From Candidatus Scalindua sp. (GTDB lineage: Bacteria; Planctomycetota; Brocadiia; Brocadiales; Scalinduaceae), in contig JALDRA010000001.1 in NCBI GenBank assembly GCA_031316235.1, forward strand, positions 870,001 to 902,000: a stretch of 32,000 nt of DNA, in the 5' to 3' direction. Of this stretch, positions 10,237 to 19,555 are shown piece by piece. The position numbers and the translations under genes were made by a program. Each line of letters opens with the position of its first letter. Position 1 is the first letter of the stretch. The notes beneath the pieces are model-generated. The model worked only from the letters and a program-made list of their open reading frames with translations. It had not been told where the DNA came from and did not search any database.

Positions 10237-10713
10237 TCAGAGGTATTCCTCTCCATACCGACTTCTCAGAACCCCCTCATTGGAAGAATAATCATCGTCA
10301 TCCGGTTCTTCCATTTCAGGAGGAACATATCCTGGTTCCTGCGACTTTTTGGATTCTTCTTTATAGGCATCAAGCACCTTCTGCTCTATTTCATCTCGGC
10401 ATTTAGAATTTATAGGATGTGCGGTGTCTGCATACAGCTTAAATTTTCCTTTTGATTCTCCTGAAGCACGATTCACGTCCAGCTTGTTTCCGCAATCGTT
10501 ACAAAATCGAGCACGAAGATGATTTTTACAGCCACACTTGGAGCACTTATCCGTCAGCTTTCTGCTGGGCATGGCAACGAAGGCCCCTTTGTACCCTTCA
10601 ATAATCTTCAAATCCCTCACGACAAAGTCATTATCGATCGTAATGCTGCAAAACGCCTGTAATCGATTTTTCTTTGCATCTGTCAGTTTAACCCTCACTT
10701 CAGTTATATTCAC
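10237..10713 (-). CDS. spoVG: SpoVG-family protein with internal zinc-ribbon insertion and acidic C-terminal tail
   Basis: MNITEVRVKL...FVVRDLKIIEG..AFVAMPSRK and AHPIN motifs of SpoVG. About 40 residues containing CSKC-x10-CNDC are inserted between them. 158 aa versus about 95-100 typical. Confidence 0.85.
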   Translation of the reverse strand: MNITEVRVKLTDAKKNRLQAFCSITIDNDFVVRDLKIIEGYKGAFVAMPSRKLTDKCSKCGCKNHLRARFCNDCGNKLDVNRASGESKGKFKLYADTAHPINSKCRDEIEQKVLDAYKEESKKSQEPGYVPPEMEEPDDDDYSSNEGVLRSRYGEEYL

Positions 10714-10746
10714 AGTAAAATCCTCCCTTCAAGCTTATCTTGTAGT

Positions 10747-11637
10747 CTATGGCGACACATCATTAGTAACCACAAACACCTTTCCCTTACCAATCGAGGC
10801 AATCTTATCCCTATTAATCTCTGCCTGCTCTCTGCTTCTGCATAAACCAACAATAGAAGACCCGCTTCCTGAAACCAGCAACCCACAAAAATCAAATTTT
10901 TTTAAAAATCTTTTTAACTGCAGCAGGTTCGGGTATAATGAAAAAACGGATTCTTCAAGCCGGTTAAAGAGCACTCTGCCAACGCTCTCAGCATCTCCCT
11001 GCTCTATGATATCGAGAAAAAAGCTAACATCTTTTCTATTTTTTGTCAAGGCAATTTTCAGGTTTTTGTAGATAGTAATCGTGTCAATTCTTATGTACGG
11101 AAAAATGACAAGATAGTTCAATTTGTTCTTCACTTTTACCGGAGACACCTTCTCTCCCCTTCCTTTACACAAGGAAGTCCTGCCTTGAATAAAAAAAGCA
11201 ACATCTGAGCCCAGCTTTGCAGCAAAAGCCATAAGCTCTTTCTCGGTGAGTCCCGCTTTCCAGAGCAGATTCAAGGCTTTAAGGGCAGAAGCGGCATCAC
11301 TGCTTCCTCCACCTAAACCAGCTCCTACCGGGATATTTTTTTTAAGGATTATGTTTACCCCTTTTTTTATACCACACTCCCGGATAACAAGGTTTGCAGC
11401 CTTACTTACGAGATTCTCCTCACCATAGGGAATACTCTTATCATCGCACTCAAGTTTTACCCCTTTTTCAATCTCCTTAAATATGAGATTGTCGACAAGG
11501 TCGATCTCCTGCATTACCGTTTCAAGTTCATGATAGCCATCTTCTCTCTTTCTGACTACCTCAAGAAACAGATTTATTTTTGCCGGTGCACGTATCTGTA
11601 TCTCATCACCCGTTTGGTTGATTTCCATCATTGCCAT
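10747..11637 (-). CDS. ispE: 4-diphosphocytidyl-2-C-methyl-D-erythritol kinase
   Basis: 296-aa GHMP kinase. PAKINLFLEV and PVGAGLGGGSSDAA motifs. Confidence 0.9.
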   Translation of the reverse strand: MAMMEINQTGDEIQIRAPAKINLFLEVVRKREDGYHELETVMQEIDLVDNLIFKEIEKGVKLECDDKSIPYGEENLVSKAANLVIRECGIKKGVNIILKKNIPVGAGLGGGSSDAASALKALNLLWKAGLTEKELMAFAAKLGSDVAFFIQGRTSLCKGRGEKVSPVKVKNKLNYLVIFPYIRIDTITIYKNLKIALTKNRKDVSFFLDIIEQGDAESVGRVLFNRLEESVFSLYPNLLQLKRFLKKFDFCGLLVSGSGSSIVGLCRSREQAEINRDKIASIGKGKVFVVTNDVSP

Positions 11638-11663
11638 TCACTTTCCACACATCCTATAAGGTA

Positions 11664-12254
11664 TCACTCTTCCGTAATATTTTTTCTGAGAAACGTAAGC
11701 CCGGTATTGCCATAAACTCTCTGGTCCTCAACATGCAAGCGGGTAAAATCTTCATTTGTCACCAGTTGTCCTTTGTGATGCTGAAGCATCACAATCCCCT
11801 TTTCGCTTAAGATTCCTTCAGAAACACATCCATCAAGAAAAGCAAAAATTTCCACTCTCTCCTTACACTCCCTGTGTAATAATCTGTAAGGTGGCGTTAC
11901 AAATACCAGATCAAATCTTGTCCGGCCGCTTTTCAAGAATGGTAACAAAAATAAGACATTTTTTTTAAGAACTCCTCCGCCTTCAGAAAGTTTGGTATTG
12001 CTGAGATTCTTATGTATCACCTTGATGGAAAGGGCGCTGTTATCGACAAACAGGCATCGCTTCGCACCTCGGCTCAGGGCCTCTAACCCGGAGGTTCCGG
12101 TACCAGAAAACAGATCAAGAACCATGCTCTCCTTAACCAGGTCCCCCAGAATATTGAACAAAGACTCCTTCACGCTGTCCAGTATCGGACTCGTCGCCTC
12201 GTTACGCAGCACACACAACCGAACACCCTTCGCCTTGCCTGAAATAATACGCAT
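11664..12254 (-). CDS. rsmD: 16S rRNA (guanine966-N2)-methyltransferase
   Basis: 196-aa ORF. MRIISGKAKG start, LDLFSGTGTSGLEALSRGA SAM motif and VFVTPPY (DPPY-like) motif. Confidence 0.85.
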   Translation of the reverse strand: MRIISGKAKGVRLCVLRNEATSPILDSVKESLFNILGDLVKESMVLDLFSGTGTSGLEALSRGAKRCLFVDNSALSIKVIHKNLSNTKLSEGGGVLKKNVLFLLPFLKSGRTRFDLVFVTPPYRLLHRECKERVEIFAFLDGCVSEGILSEKGIVMLQHHKGQLVTNEDFTRLHVEDQRVYGNTGLTFLRKNITEE

Positions 12255-12387
12255 GGGAACTTAACTCCTCGCAAATTCATGAAAATCCTAACAGATACAA
12301 TTTTGCAGTGCAAGAAATTTTACGTTTGTTTGTTACCACAAAGGATCAATGATTAAGATAAAACCCTAAATTGCGGTTAAAAACAGT

Positions 12388-12416
12388 TTGACTTTAATAC
12401 CTTCATAACCTATAAT
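12388..12416 (+). promoter_or_regulatory. sigma70-type promoter candidate upstream of prfB
   Basis: TTGACT (12388-12393), 17-nt spacer, TATAAT (12411-12416). This would give a leader of about 220 nt to the prfB ATG at 12646. Confidence 0.5.
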
Positions 12417-12552
12417 CCTCCCGCGAGTTAAGTAGTATATTTTGCGGAAAACCACTTTTCGTGTTTGAGGTGCATAGTGCAGCGCTGTTTCCTGCTGTCC
12501 TCCCGAACGTGCAACCCATTGCCTGCAGAATTTTTTCAATGAGGCGAAGGAG

Positions 12553-12606
12553 CGGAAAAGCCGATTTTAGCTCTGGTTTTCAGCCTTCCGAACCGAAATA
12601 ATATAT
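12553..12606 (-). repeat. possible degenerate remnant of the structured repeat family
   Basis: aaaagccgatttt..tggttttc..ccgaaccgaaat loosely aligns to the aaaaccgatttggttttcgg..ccggaaaccaaat arm of the 19558-19665 copy. Weak. Confidence 0.25.
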
Positions 12607-12645
12607 CTCGTGTATGCTTTTTTAAGCCTTTCAGAGAGGATTGGA

Positions 12646-13747
12646 ATGAATAATGACATTGAAAAACAGTTGAATCCATTGAGAAGTCGCCTGATACATT
12701 TAAGGGACTCTCTTTGACTTAGATACAAAAGAACACGAATTGAAAACCCTCGAAAAAAGGTTGGCAAGCGCTGATATCTGGGACGATAAAGAGGAGGCTC
12801 AATCTACAATACAGAGGCTCAAGAGTCTGAAAGAATTTACTCTCCCTTTTCAAGGGTTACAGAAATCTTTTGACGACTTGTTAGACCTGGCAGAGCTCGC
12901 GGAAGACGAAAATGACGAAGAGATCGAAAATGAGATTTTAAGTGATATCGAGAAATTTTCACAAGGATTGGGAAAACTTGAGCTTCGTATGATGCTCAGT
13001 GGAAAGAATGACCACAAGAACGCGTACCTCAATATACATGCAGGTGCTGGCGGTACGGAATCCTGCGATTGGGCATCTATGTTATTACGAATGTATAGTA
13101 GATGGGCGGAAAACAATAACTACACCGTAAGCCTCATAGATATGTTACCAGGTGAAGAAGCGGGAATTAAGAGAGTTACCGTCCTCGTCAAGGGATCCTT
13201 TGCTTTCGGGTATTTAAAGTCTGAAATTGGAGTTCATCGCCTGGTACGGATCTCGCCATTTGATTCTAACAGCCGCAGACACACCTCCTTTGCAGCCGTT
13301 GACGTAATTCCAGAGCTTGATACTGACATTGAAATAGAGATCAGTGAAAAAGACCTGAAAATAGATACATACCGTTCGTCAGGCGCCGGAGGTCAGCATG
13401 TAAATAAAACCGATTCAGCTGTGAGAATCACGCATCTACCGTCTGGCATCATTGTGCAATGTCAGAACGAAAGATCACAGCATAAAAACAGAAGTATGGC
13501 CTTAAAGATGTTAAAATCAAAAATGTACCAGTTAAAGGAACAGGATCAGGAAAAGGAAATTGCCGATGCGCATGATGAAAAGGGAGATATTGCATGGGGC
13601 CATCAGATTCGTTCGTATGTCCTCCAACCTTATGCAATGATCAAGGATTTGCGGACAGGAATGGAGACAGCTAAGACTCAATCGTTCCTTGATGGTGAGA
13701 TAGATGATTTTATTACCTCGTATCTAAAATGGAAAATCGGCAAATAG
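12646..13747 (+). CDS. prfB: peptide chain release factor 2, programmed +1 frameshift: join(12646..12714,12716..13747)
   Basis: Frame-0 ORF MNNDIEKQLNPLRSRLIHLRDSL ends at the in-frame TGA (12715-12717) within CTT TGA C. The +1 frame continues DLDTKEHELKTLEKRL... into the 335-aa track ORF, which carries SPF and GGQ motifs. GAGAGGA Shine-Dalgarno precedes the ATG. Confidence 0.92.
12703..12718 (+). other. RF2 autoregulatory +1 frameshift site
   Basis: AGGGAC-TCT-CTT-TGA-C. An SD-like AGGGA lies 3 nt upstream of the slippery CUU UGA C, the same layout as the E. coli prfB site (AGGGGG-UAU-CUU-UGA-C). Confidence 0.9.
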
Positions 13748-13830
13748 GCTTTTCCACATAATTCAGGATTTTTTAAAAGTTTTCTGTTTACTAATTTTAA
13801 ATTTATAAATGATTAAAAAGGTATAATCGC

Positions 13831-15069
13831 ATGAACATGTTAAAGCAGACGGATCCCGAAGTATATCAAGCAATCCAGAACGAGACAAAAAGACAACAAA
13901 ACTTCATTGAACTGATTGCCTCTGAAAACTATTGCAGCAGCGCCGTATTGGAAGCTCAAGGCTCGGTCATGACAAACAAATATGCGGAAGGTTACCCTGA
14001 TAAGCGGTGGTACGCAGGATGCGGAAATGTCGACGATGTTGAAAAGCTTGCAATAGAACGGGCTTTAGACATCTTTGGAGCTGAACACGCCAACGTACAA
14101 CCACACTCAGGGTCCTCGGCAAATATGGCAGTTTTCTTTGCTGCGCTCTCTCCAGGCCACAAGATACTCGCCATGGATCTTTCACACGGCGGACACCTCA
14201 CCCATGGTTTCGAAAAAAACTTTTCAGGGCAATTTTATAAAAAAGTCACCTACGGTGTAAGAAAAGATACCGGAAGAATCGATTATGATGAAGTGAGGGA
14301 GCTTGCAAAAAAAAACTCTCCAGATCTCATCATTGCCGGTGCCAGTGCCTACCCGAGAGAACTCGACTTTGCCAAATTCAGAGAGATTGCTGATGAAGTT
14401 GGTTCACTTCTTTTAGCAGATATTGCCCACATTGCAGGCCTGATTGTAGGAGGCGTACATCCAGACCCTGTTCCCTACGCAGATTTTGTAACAACGTCAA
14501 CCCATAAAACTCTCAGAGGACCGAGAGCCGGCCTGATATTATGCAAGGCAAAGTATGCATCCAAGATTGACCAGCTGGTTTTTCCCGGGATCCAGGGAGG
14601 ACCATTAATGCACGTGATAGCGGCAAAGGCCGTAGCATTTAAGGAGGCACAAACCGAAGCGTTTAAAGAATATCAGAGACAAATTTTAAAGAATGCGAAA
14701 ACACTGTCAAATGCCTTAAAGGATAAGGGCTACACCATCGTATCCGGTGGAACGGATAACCATCTCTTCCTCGTTGACCTTACGAGCAAAAATGTTACGG
14801 GGATACAGGCTCAAAAGTTTTTGGAAAAGGCAGGTATCAGTCTCAACCGGAACATGATACCTTTTGATAAGGGATCAGCATTCAGACCAGGGGGTATACG
14901 GATAGGTACTCCATCAGTAACAACCCGGGGTATGAAAGAGCCGGAGATGACCCAAATTGCAGAATGGATCGACCTTGCAATCAATAACCCCGATGACCAG
15001 AACTTGGCGGCAATTAAAGGTAAGGCAGCCGAATTATGTTCAGCTTTTCCCCTTTATAAGGATTTTTAA
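13831..15069 (+). CDS. glyA: serine hydroxymethyltransferase
   Basis: 412-aa [20 protein letters not shown] and [12 protein letters not shown] (PLP lysine) motifs. Confidence 0.95.
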   Translation: MNMLKQTDPEVYQAIQNETKRQQNFIELIASENYCSSAVLEAQGSVMTNKYAEGYPDKRWYAGCGNVDDVEKLAIERALDIFGAEHANVQPHSGSSANMAVFFAALSPGHKILAMDLSHGGHLTHGFEKNFSGQFYKKVTYGVRKDTGRIDYDEVRELAKKNSPDLIIAGASAYPRELDFAKFREIADEVGSLLLADIAHIAGLIVGGVHPDPVPYADFVTTSTHKTLRGPRAGLILCKAKYASKIDQLVFPGIQGGPLMHVIAAKAVAFKEAQTEAFKEYQRQILKNAKTLSNALKDKGYTIVSGGTDNHLFLVDLTSKNVTGIQAQKFLEKAGISLNRNMIPFDKGSAFRPGGIRIGTPSVTTRGMKEPEMTQIAEWIDLAINNPDDQNLAAIKGKAAELCSAFPLYKDF

Positions 15070-15099
15070 TAGTATGCTTTATGGCAGTACCGTTTTACT

Positions 15100-16122
15100 A
15101 TGATCAAGAAAAAAGAGTACAGAAAAATTTCGGTCCTGGGTACCGGAGGATGGGGAACAGCGCTTGCGATCTTGCTTCACGAGAAGGGCCACCATGTGAC
15201 TCTCTGGGGGGCAACTCCTGATTATGTTGATTTTCTTAAACAAAAGCGGGAAAACAGAAAATATCTTAAAGGTATTACAATCCCCACCGACTTAACCATA
15301 ACTTCAAAAATTGAAGATGCCCAGGACGACGTAAATTTTATCGTGGTTGCAATACCAACACCCTACGTGAGAAGCGTTATTGAAAAAGGGAAAGATTCCT
15401 ATGCTCCCGGAACATGCCTTGTCAGTGTTATGAAAGGAATAGAAAATGACACACTCATGCGCAGCAGTGAAATCCTTACTGATGTCCTCGGGAAACAACC
15501 CATCGCCCTGCTCTTCGGACCAAGCCACGCAGAAGAGGTCGCAAAGAAACTTCCAACTACCGTTGTGGTTGCATCTGAAGATGTTGAATTGGCAAGAGAA
15601 ATACAAAAGATCTTTACGACAAACCGTTTCCGCATTTATACAAATCCAGACGTAATTGGTGTAGAATTGGGAGGTTCTCTGAAGAACGTTATTGCGATTG
15701 CTGCAGGGATATGTGAAGGCCTCGGCTTTGGAGATAACTCCAAGGCCGCCTTGTTAACACGGGGATTATCGGAAATCATACGTCTGGGCGTAGCAATGGG
15801 AGGCCAGAGGGACACCTTTTCAGGGCTTACAGGGCTGGGAGACCTGATAACTTCCTGCGTAAGTCCGTTCGGAAGAAACCGCTTTGTAGGTGAACAGATC
15901 GCAAAAGGTAAAAAATTATCGCAACTATTAAAAGAAATGAATCAAGTCGCTGAAGGAGTACGGACAACAAAGTCTGTCTGCAAACTGGCAGAAAAGTTTA
16001 ACGTTGAAATGCCGATTACCAGCGAAATCTATAAGGTGCTCTTCGAAGATAAAGACCCAATGGAGGCGGTAAATGAACTTATGGTTCGAGAACTAAAATC
16101 AGAAATAGAGTTTTTACCATAA
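15100..16122 (+). CDS. gpsA: NAD(P)H-dependent glycerol-3-phosphate dehydrogenase
   Basis: 340-aa ORF. GTGGWGTALA Rossmann motif, GPSHAEEV and GGSLKNVIAIAAG motifs. Confidence 0.9.
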   Translation: MIKKKEYRKISVLGTGGWGTALAILLHEKGHHVTLWGATPDYVDFLKQKRENRKYLKGITIPTDLTITSKIEDAQDDVNFIVVAIPTPYVRSVIEKGKDSYAPGTCLVSVMKGIENDTLMRSSEILTDVLGKQPIALLFGPSHAEEVAKKLPTTVVVASEDVELAREIQKIFTTNRFRIYTNPDVIGVELGGSLKNVIAIAAGICEGLGFGDNSKAALLTRGLSEIIRLGVAMGGQRDTFSGLTGLGDLITSCVSPFGRNRFVGEQIAKGKKLSQLLKEMNQVAEGVRTTKSVCKLAEKFNVEMPITSEIYKVLFEDKDPMEAVNELMVRELKSEIEFLP

Positions 16123-16205
16123 CAGGTAATTGCAGAAAAACTCTGTTGTTACGCCAAAACAGCCAGGATACAAGGCGCTTATTTCGCAACTGGAAAACCG
16201 GAATA

Positions 16206-16344
16206 TATACTCATCTCATAATGGTTTCCGGATAAAATCCGAGATAAAATTGAGCGAGTAAAGTCCTCGGCGTTTTTTGTCCGGGGATACCTTCACCAAG
16301 ATCTGGTTTCCGGTAAAACCGAAAACCAGATCGGTTTCAGTATA
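16206..16344 (+). repeat. structured intergenic repeat, copy A (135-bp core 16208-16342 flanked by TA/TA), MITE- or REPIN-like
   Basis: Core runs tactcatctcat...cggtttcagta. Near-identical to 23839-23971. Contains three hairpins. Lies between convergent gpsA and rfbC. Confidence 0.85.
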
Positions 16345-16414
16345 ATTACGCACGTGAAGGTTGCGGAATTATTACCTCAACGCAGAGGATGGATAGCTCG
16401 TGTCCAATCACTGA

Positions 16415-16978
16415 TTAAGAAGTGAAAACAGGCAGATGGGCAGCGGGGACCTCTCTTAATCGCGGATACTGTTTGTCCTTGTCCGAAACGGTTGGTTCTG
16501 TAACCGGCCAACCTATACCCATTTTCTGGTCTGACCAGAAAATCCCATACTCATCATCAGGATGGTAAACATCGGTACATTTATACAAAACATCCGCAGT
16601 TTCACTCACTACGCAGAACCCGTGGGCAAACCCTTCCGGTATGAATACCTGTCTTCTGTTTTCGGACGAGAGACTGAAACCTGCCCATTTTCCAAAGGTT
16701 GGAGAGCCGTACCTTATATCAACAGCAACATCAAATATCTCACCCCTAATAACATAAATCAGTTTAGCTTGTGGATGCTGAAGCTGATAGTGGAGACCCC
16801 GAAGGGTTCCCTGACAGGAACGGGAATAGTTATCCTGAACAAAGTCCTGGTCTATTCCCACCTCCTCATATTTGCCTTTATGAAAAGTCTCCATAAAAAA
16901 ACCGCGAGAGTCCCTGAAAATCACAGGATCAATCAGTAAAACACCGGGAAGGGTCGTTTTCTCAATCTTCAGAGACAT
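16415..16978 (-). CDS. rfbC: dTDP-4-dehydrorhamnose 3,5-epimerase
   Basis: 187-aa cupin. [16 protein letters not shown] and GFAHGF motifs. The start overlaps the rfbA stop by 10 nt. Confidence 0.9.
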   Translation of the reverse strand: MSLKIEKTTLPGVLLIDPVIFRDSRGFFMETFHKGKYEEVGIDQDFVQDNYSRSCQGTLRGLHYQLQHPQAKLIYVIRGEIFDVAVDIRYGSPTFGKWAGFSLSSENRRQVFIPEGFAHGFCVVSETADVLYKCTDVYHPDDEYGIFWSDQKMGIGWPVTEPTVSDKDKQYPRLREVPAAHLPVFTS

Positions 16979-17859
16979 CTGTTCCTCCCCTCCCCTTCTT
17001 TCAGCATCTCCATGAGATATTTGCCATACTCGTTTTGCAACATGGCAGATGCCAGCTCCGCCAGCTGTTGTTTGTCTATATAGCCAAGATGAAAGGCAAT
17101 TTCCTCAACACACGAGATCTTCAGCCCCTGTCGTTCTTGTATGGTCTGAACATAAATAGCTGCCTGTTGTAGCGAATCGTGGGTACCGGTATCGAGCCAT
17201 GCAAACCCACGACCCATGAGCTCCACCCGCAGCTCCCTTCTCATCAGGTACGCCAGATTAATATCTGTAATCTCCAGCTCTCCCCGACCCGAAGGCTTAA
17301 GCCCCTCTGCAATAGAAACAACCGTATTATCATAAAAATAGAGGCCGGGAACCGCATATTTTGATTTCGGCGTCTTTGGTTTCTCCTCTATCCCGAGAAC
17401 ATATCCATTTTGATCAAACTCTACCACACCATACCGCTCAGGATCACTCACCATGTATCCAAATATTAAACCGCCTTTTGTAAGACTGACAGCTTCCTTT
17501 AAAATTCCCTGAAGTCCGTGACCGTAAAATATGTTGTCGCCTAAGATGAGGGCAACGGGATCGCTGCCGATAAAGGTCTTTCCTATGATAAAGGCCTCCG
17601 CCAGGCCTTTCGGATGCGGTTGTTCTGCATAGGAGAATGAGAGGCCCCATTGAGATCCATCTCCCAGGAGGCCCTGAAATCTCTCAATATCATGAGGGGT
17701 AGAAATGACCAGTATCTCCCGAATCCCGCCTAACATCAAGACCGACAGAGGATAGTAGATCATCGGTTTATCATATACCGGGAGAAGCTGTTTACTCACA
17801 ACCTTTGTAATGGGCGTAAGCCTGGTTCCCGACCCTCCCGCTAATATTATTCCTTTCAT
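16969..17859 (-). CDS. rfbA: glucose-1-phosphate thymidylyltransferase
   Basis: 296-aa [29 protein letters not shown] and EITDIN motifs. Confidence 0.95.
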   Translation of the reverse strand: MKGIILAGGSGTRLTPITKVVSKQLLPVYDKPMIYYPLSVLMLGGIREILVISTPHDIERFQGLLGDGSQWGLSFSYAEQPHPKGLAEAFIIGKTFIGSDPVALILGDNIFYGHGLQGILKEAVSLTKGGLIFGYMVSDPERYGVVEFDQNGYVLGIEEKPKTPKSKYAVPGLYFYDNTVVSIAEGLKPSGRGELEITDINLAYLMRRELRVELMGRGFAWLDTGTHDSLQQAAIYVQTIQERQGLKISCVEEIAFHLGYIDKQQLAELASAMLQNEYGKYLMEMLKEGEGRNRCL

Positions 17860-17972
17860 ATCAAAGCCTCCATAAGCCGGCTATTGTAATTGAACACCCC
17901 GCAAAAAACAACCGCCTTATTCTGGCAACAATAACTTCATCCAGAATCTGCTGCTTGGAAATTTCAATGTAA

Positions 17973-19148
17973 TCACTTCAATTGAAATCGATTAACGAGA
18001 TAGCCTTTCCCTTTATGAAACTGCCTGGCCTGGCTCACGATCTTTGCTTCTGACTCCTGATGGGTCATATCCAGAGTCTGCCGATAAAAAGATGCCGCTC
18101 TTGCAAAATAAACGGGTTTCAAAGCCTCTATTACCGCATCCCTGTCTTCAGATATTTCATACGCATGGATAAAATCATAGAGTATCTTTGTCCACAACTG
18201 CGAACTGATATTCCATCTCCCTGTAGCATGCATCTTTTTAACTATAGTATAATGGGGTAAAGGGAGGATAGAAGTGAGCATCTTTTCCTCTTTTAAAAAA
18301 CCATCAATACCTTTTTTCTTTAACTCCTTATAATCAATGGAGAGTCCCTGAGGCTCTTTATAGCATACTTGACCAAATACCTGACAATCCTTACGAGCCT
18401 TCCCGTTGATCCATGTTTCCTGAAACTTTGAGATATTTGAAAAAAGGGTAGATACCACCTGGCTAAACATTGGCCCGAGCTTTGGAGCACTGGGTTTGTG
18501 CACCTTGGAGCCCAGCACAACCTGGCCAACCTTAAATCCATTTAAGAGTGCGGAAGTAGTCATGAAGATGTCTATACCATACTGTCTGGTGCTCTCTTCC
18601 CATTCCATATCCAACCATTTTGTTGCCATAAGTGGAGAGAAAGAGAAATCTCCGCCTATGGGCTGTCGGATATTTGCCTTGAAAAGAGAGTATATGAGAG
18701 GATAGGTTATGTGATTTGTAATCGTTCCGTCATACTCATTTCTTGAATATAAAGGGGTTATATAGTCATTTCCCTCCAGTATCGGTGAAACAAGGATCTT
18801 GACCCATTCCGGTGTAATACTTTTCAGGTCTGCATCTACAACAATTGCGGCCTTTGCCCTCTGCTGTACAACTTCGAGGAAAAGATTTCTCATATTATTG
18901 TCCTTACCAACCACGGTTGTATCGGTACTGATATATTTCTTCACAACTTTGCCGGTATCAACGTTCAGAAACGCCTCCCGGGTACCATCCATGGAATTAT
19001 TGTCTACGTTGATGATCATCGCAGAAAGGTCAGGAAAGTACGTACTTAATCCTGAAGCCAGCTGCTGAGTCACAAATGCTATATTATCCGCTTCATTCAA
19101 AGATGGTATGCCTGCAATAATGTCCACACCCTCTGTTCTCTTATTCAT
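17973..19148 (-). CDS. GT-A fold glycosyltransferase, resembling mannosylglycerate/glucosylglycerate synthase type (GT78/GT81-like)
   Basis: 391-aa ORF. GIPSLNEADNI N-terminus, VVDADL (DxD), then QPIGGDF and YGIDIFMT. From memory these recall QPLGGE and WGIDTLYT of Rhodothermus mannosylglycerate synthase. Substrate unknown. Confidence 0.7.
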   Translation of the reverse strand: MNKRTEGVDIIAGIPSLNEADNIAFVTQQLASGLSTYFPDLSAMIINVDNNSMDGTREAFLNVDTGKVVKKYISTDTTVVGKDNNMRNLFLEVVQQRAKAAIVVDADLKSITPEWVKILVSPILEGNDYITPLYSRNEYDGTITNHITYPLIYSLFKANIRQPIGGDFSFSPLMATKWLDMEWEESTRQYGIDIFMTTSALLNGFKVGQVVLGSKVHKPSAPKLGPMFSQVVSTLFSNISKFQETWINGKARKDCQVFGQVCYKEPQGLSIDYKELKKKGIDGFLKEEKMLTSILPLPHYTIVKKMHATGRWNISSQLWTKILYDFIHAYEISEDRDAVIEALKPVYFARAASFYRQTLDMTHQESEAKIVSQARQFHKGKGYLVNRFQLK

Positions 19149-19555
19149 TCAAAAATTCTCCCAAAAACATTATGCTTTAAATATCTGTTACGATATCTGT
19201 TTTCTTCCACTTTTTCAAAACTACTTCATAATATCATGTTGAATATCCAGCAATAGAACGTCAATAAGGCCTCTAAACACCCCTGCACCCCGCCAGGCAG
19301 GGTCGCAACTTTCACACCAAAGTATGATAATACATTCCAACATATTTTCGTAAGCACGTAAGTTTTCTGGATTATGGTGATTGCGACAGAGGTTGCAAAA
19401 AAGAGATGCATACGCTGCTGGAATATTCGATGATACTAAAAAAATCAGGAATATACTAATTCTTATTAACAAAAATGTTTCAAGACTTGTATTCCTCCAC
19501 TTCTTTTCTTATAATCGTCAGTAATGCGTGGTACACAATGGGCATCTTTGAAAGA

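Noticed and set aside
10538-11071. 177-aa plus-strand ORF, plus similar long antisense ORFs at 20220-20696 (-), 27124-27627 (-), 25957-26331 (-), 16562-16939 (+), 10120-10455 (+) and 22680-23000 (-)
   Set aside because: All lie antisense to strongly supported conserved genes (ispE/spoVG, fba, infB, nusA, rfbC, HD). Their products are Ser/Leu/Phe-rich with no recognisable motifs, which is typical of shadow ORFs in AT-rich DNA.
12570-12600. Minus-strand GGUUCGGAAGGCUG motif reminiscent of the SRP RNA helix 8 GGAA tetraloop
   Set aside because: The flanking sequence lacks the conserved AGCA/GGAAGCAGC symmetric-loop residues and a complementary 5'/3' helix. It is more likely a degenerate repeat remnant.
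12567-12767. 66-aa minus-strand ORF overlapping the prfB start and frameshift site
   Set aside because: It lies antisense to the genuine RF2 N-terminus and leader. It has no RBS and low-complexity content, so it is a shadow ORF.
19181-19201. Direct repeat ATATCTGTT-acg-ATATCTGTT upstream of the glycosyltransferase start
   Set aside because: A 9-bp direct repeat at short spacing is expected by chance a couple of times in 32 kb. No convincing promoter hexamers accompany it.
19221-19472. 83-aa minus-strand ORF with a signal-peptide-like N-terminus and five cysteines (CNLC, CESC), upstream of the glycosyltransferase
   Set aside because: It has a TTG start with no Shine-Dalgarno. A second ORF overlaps it on the same strand (19226-19411) and is equally plausible. 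There are no family motifs. It cannot be supported from sequence alone, although the 400-nt gap upstream of the glycosyltransferase is otherwise unexplained.
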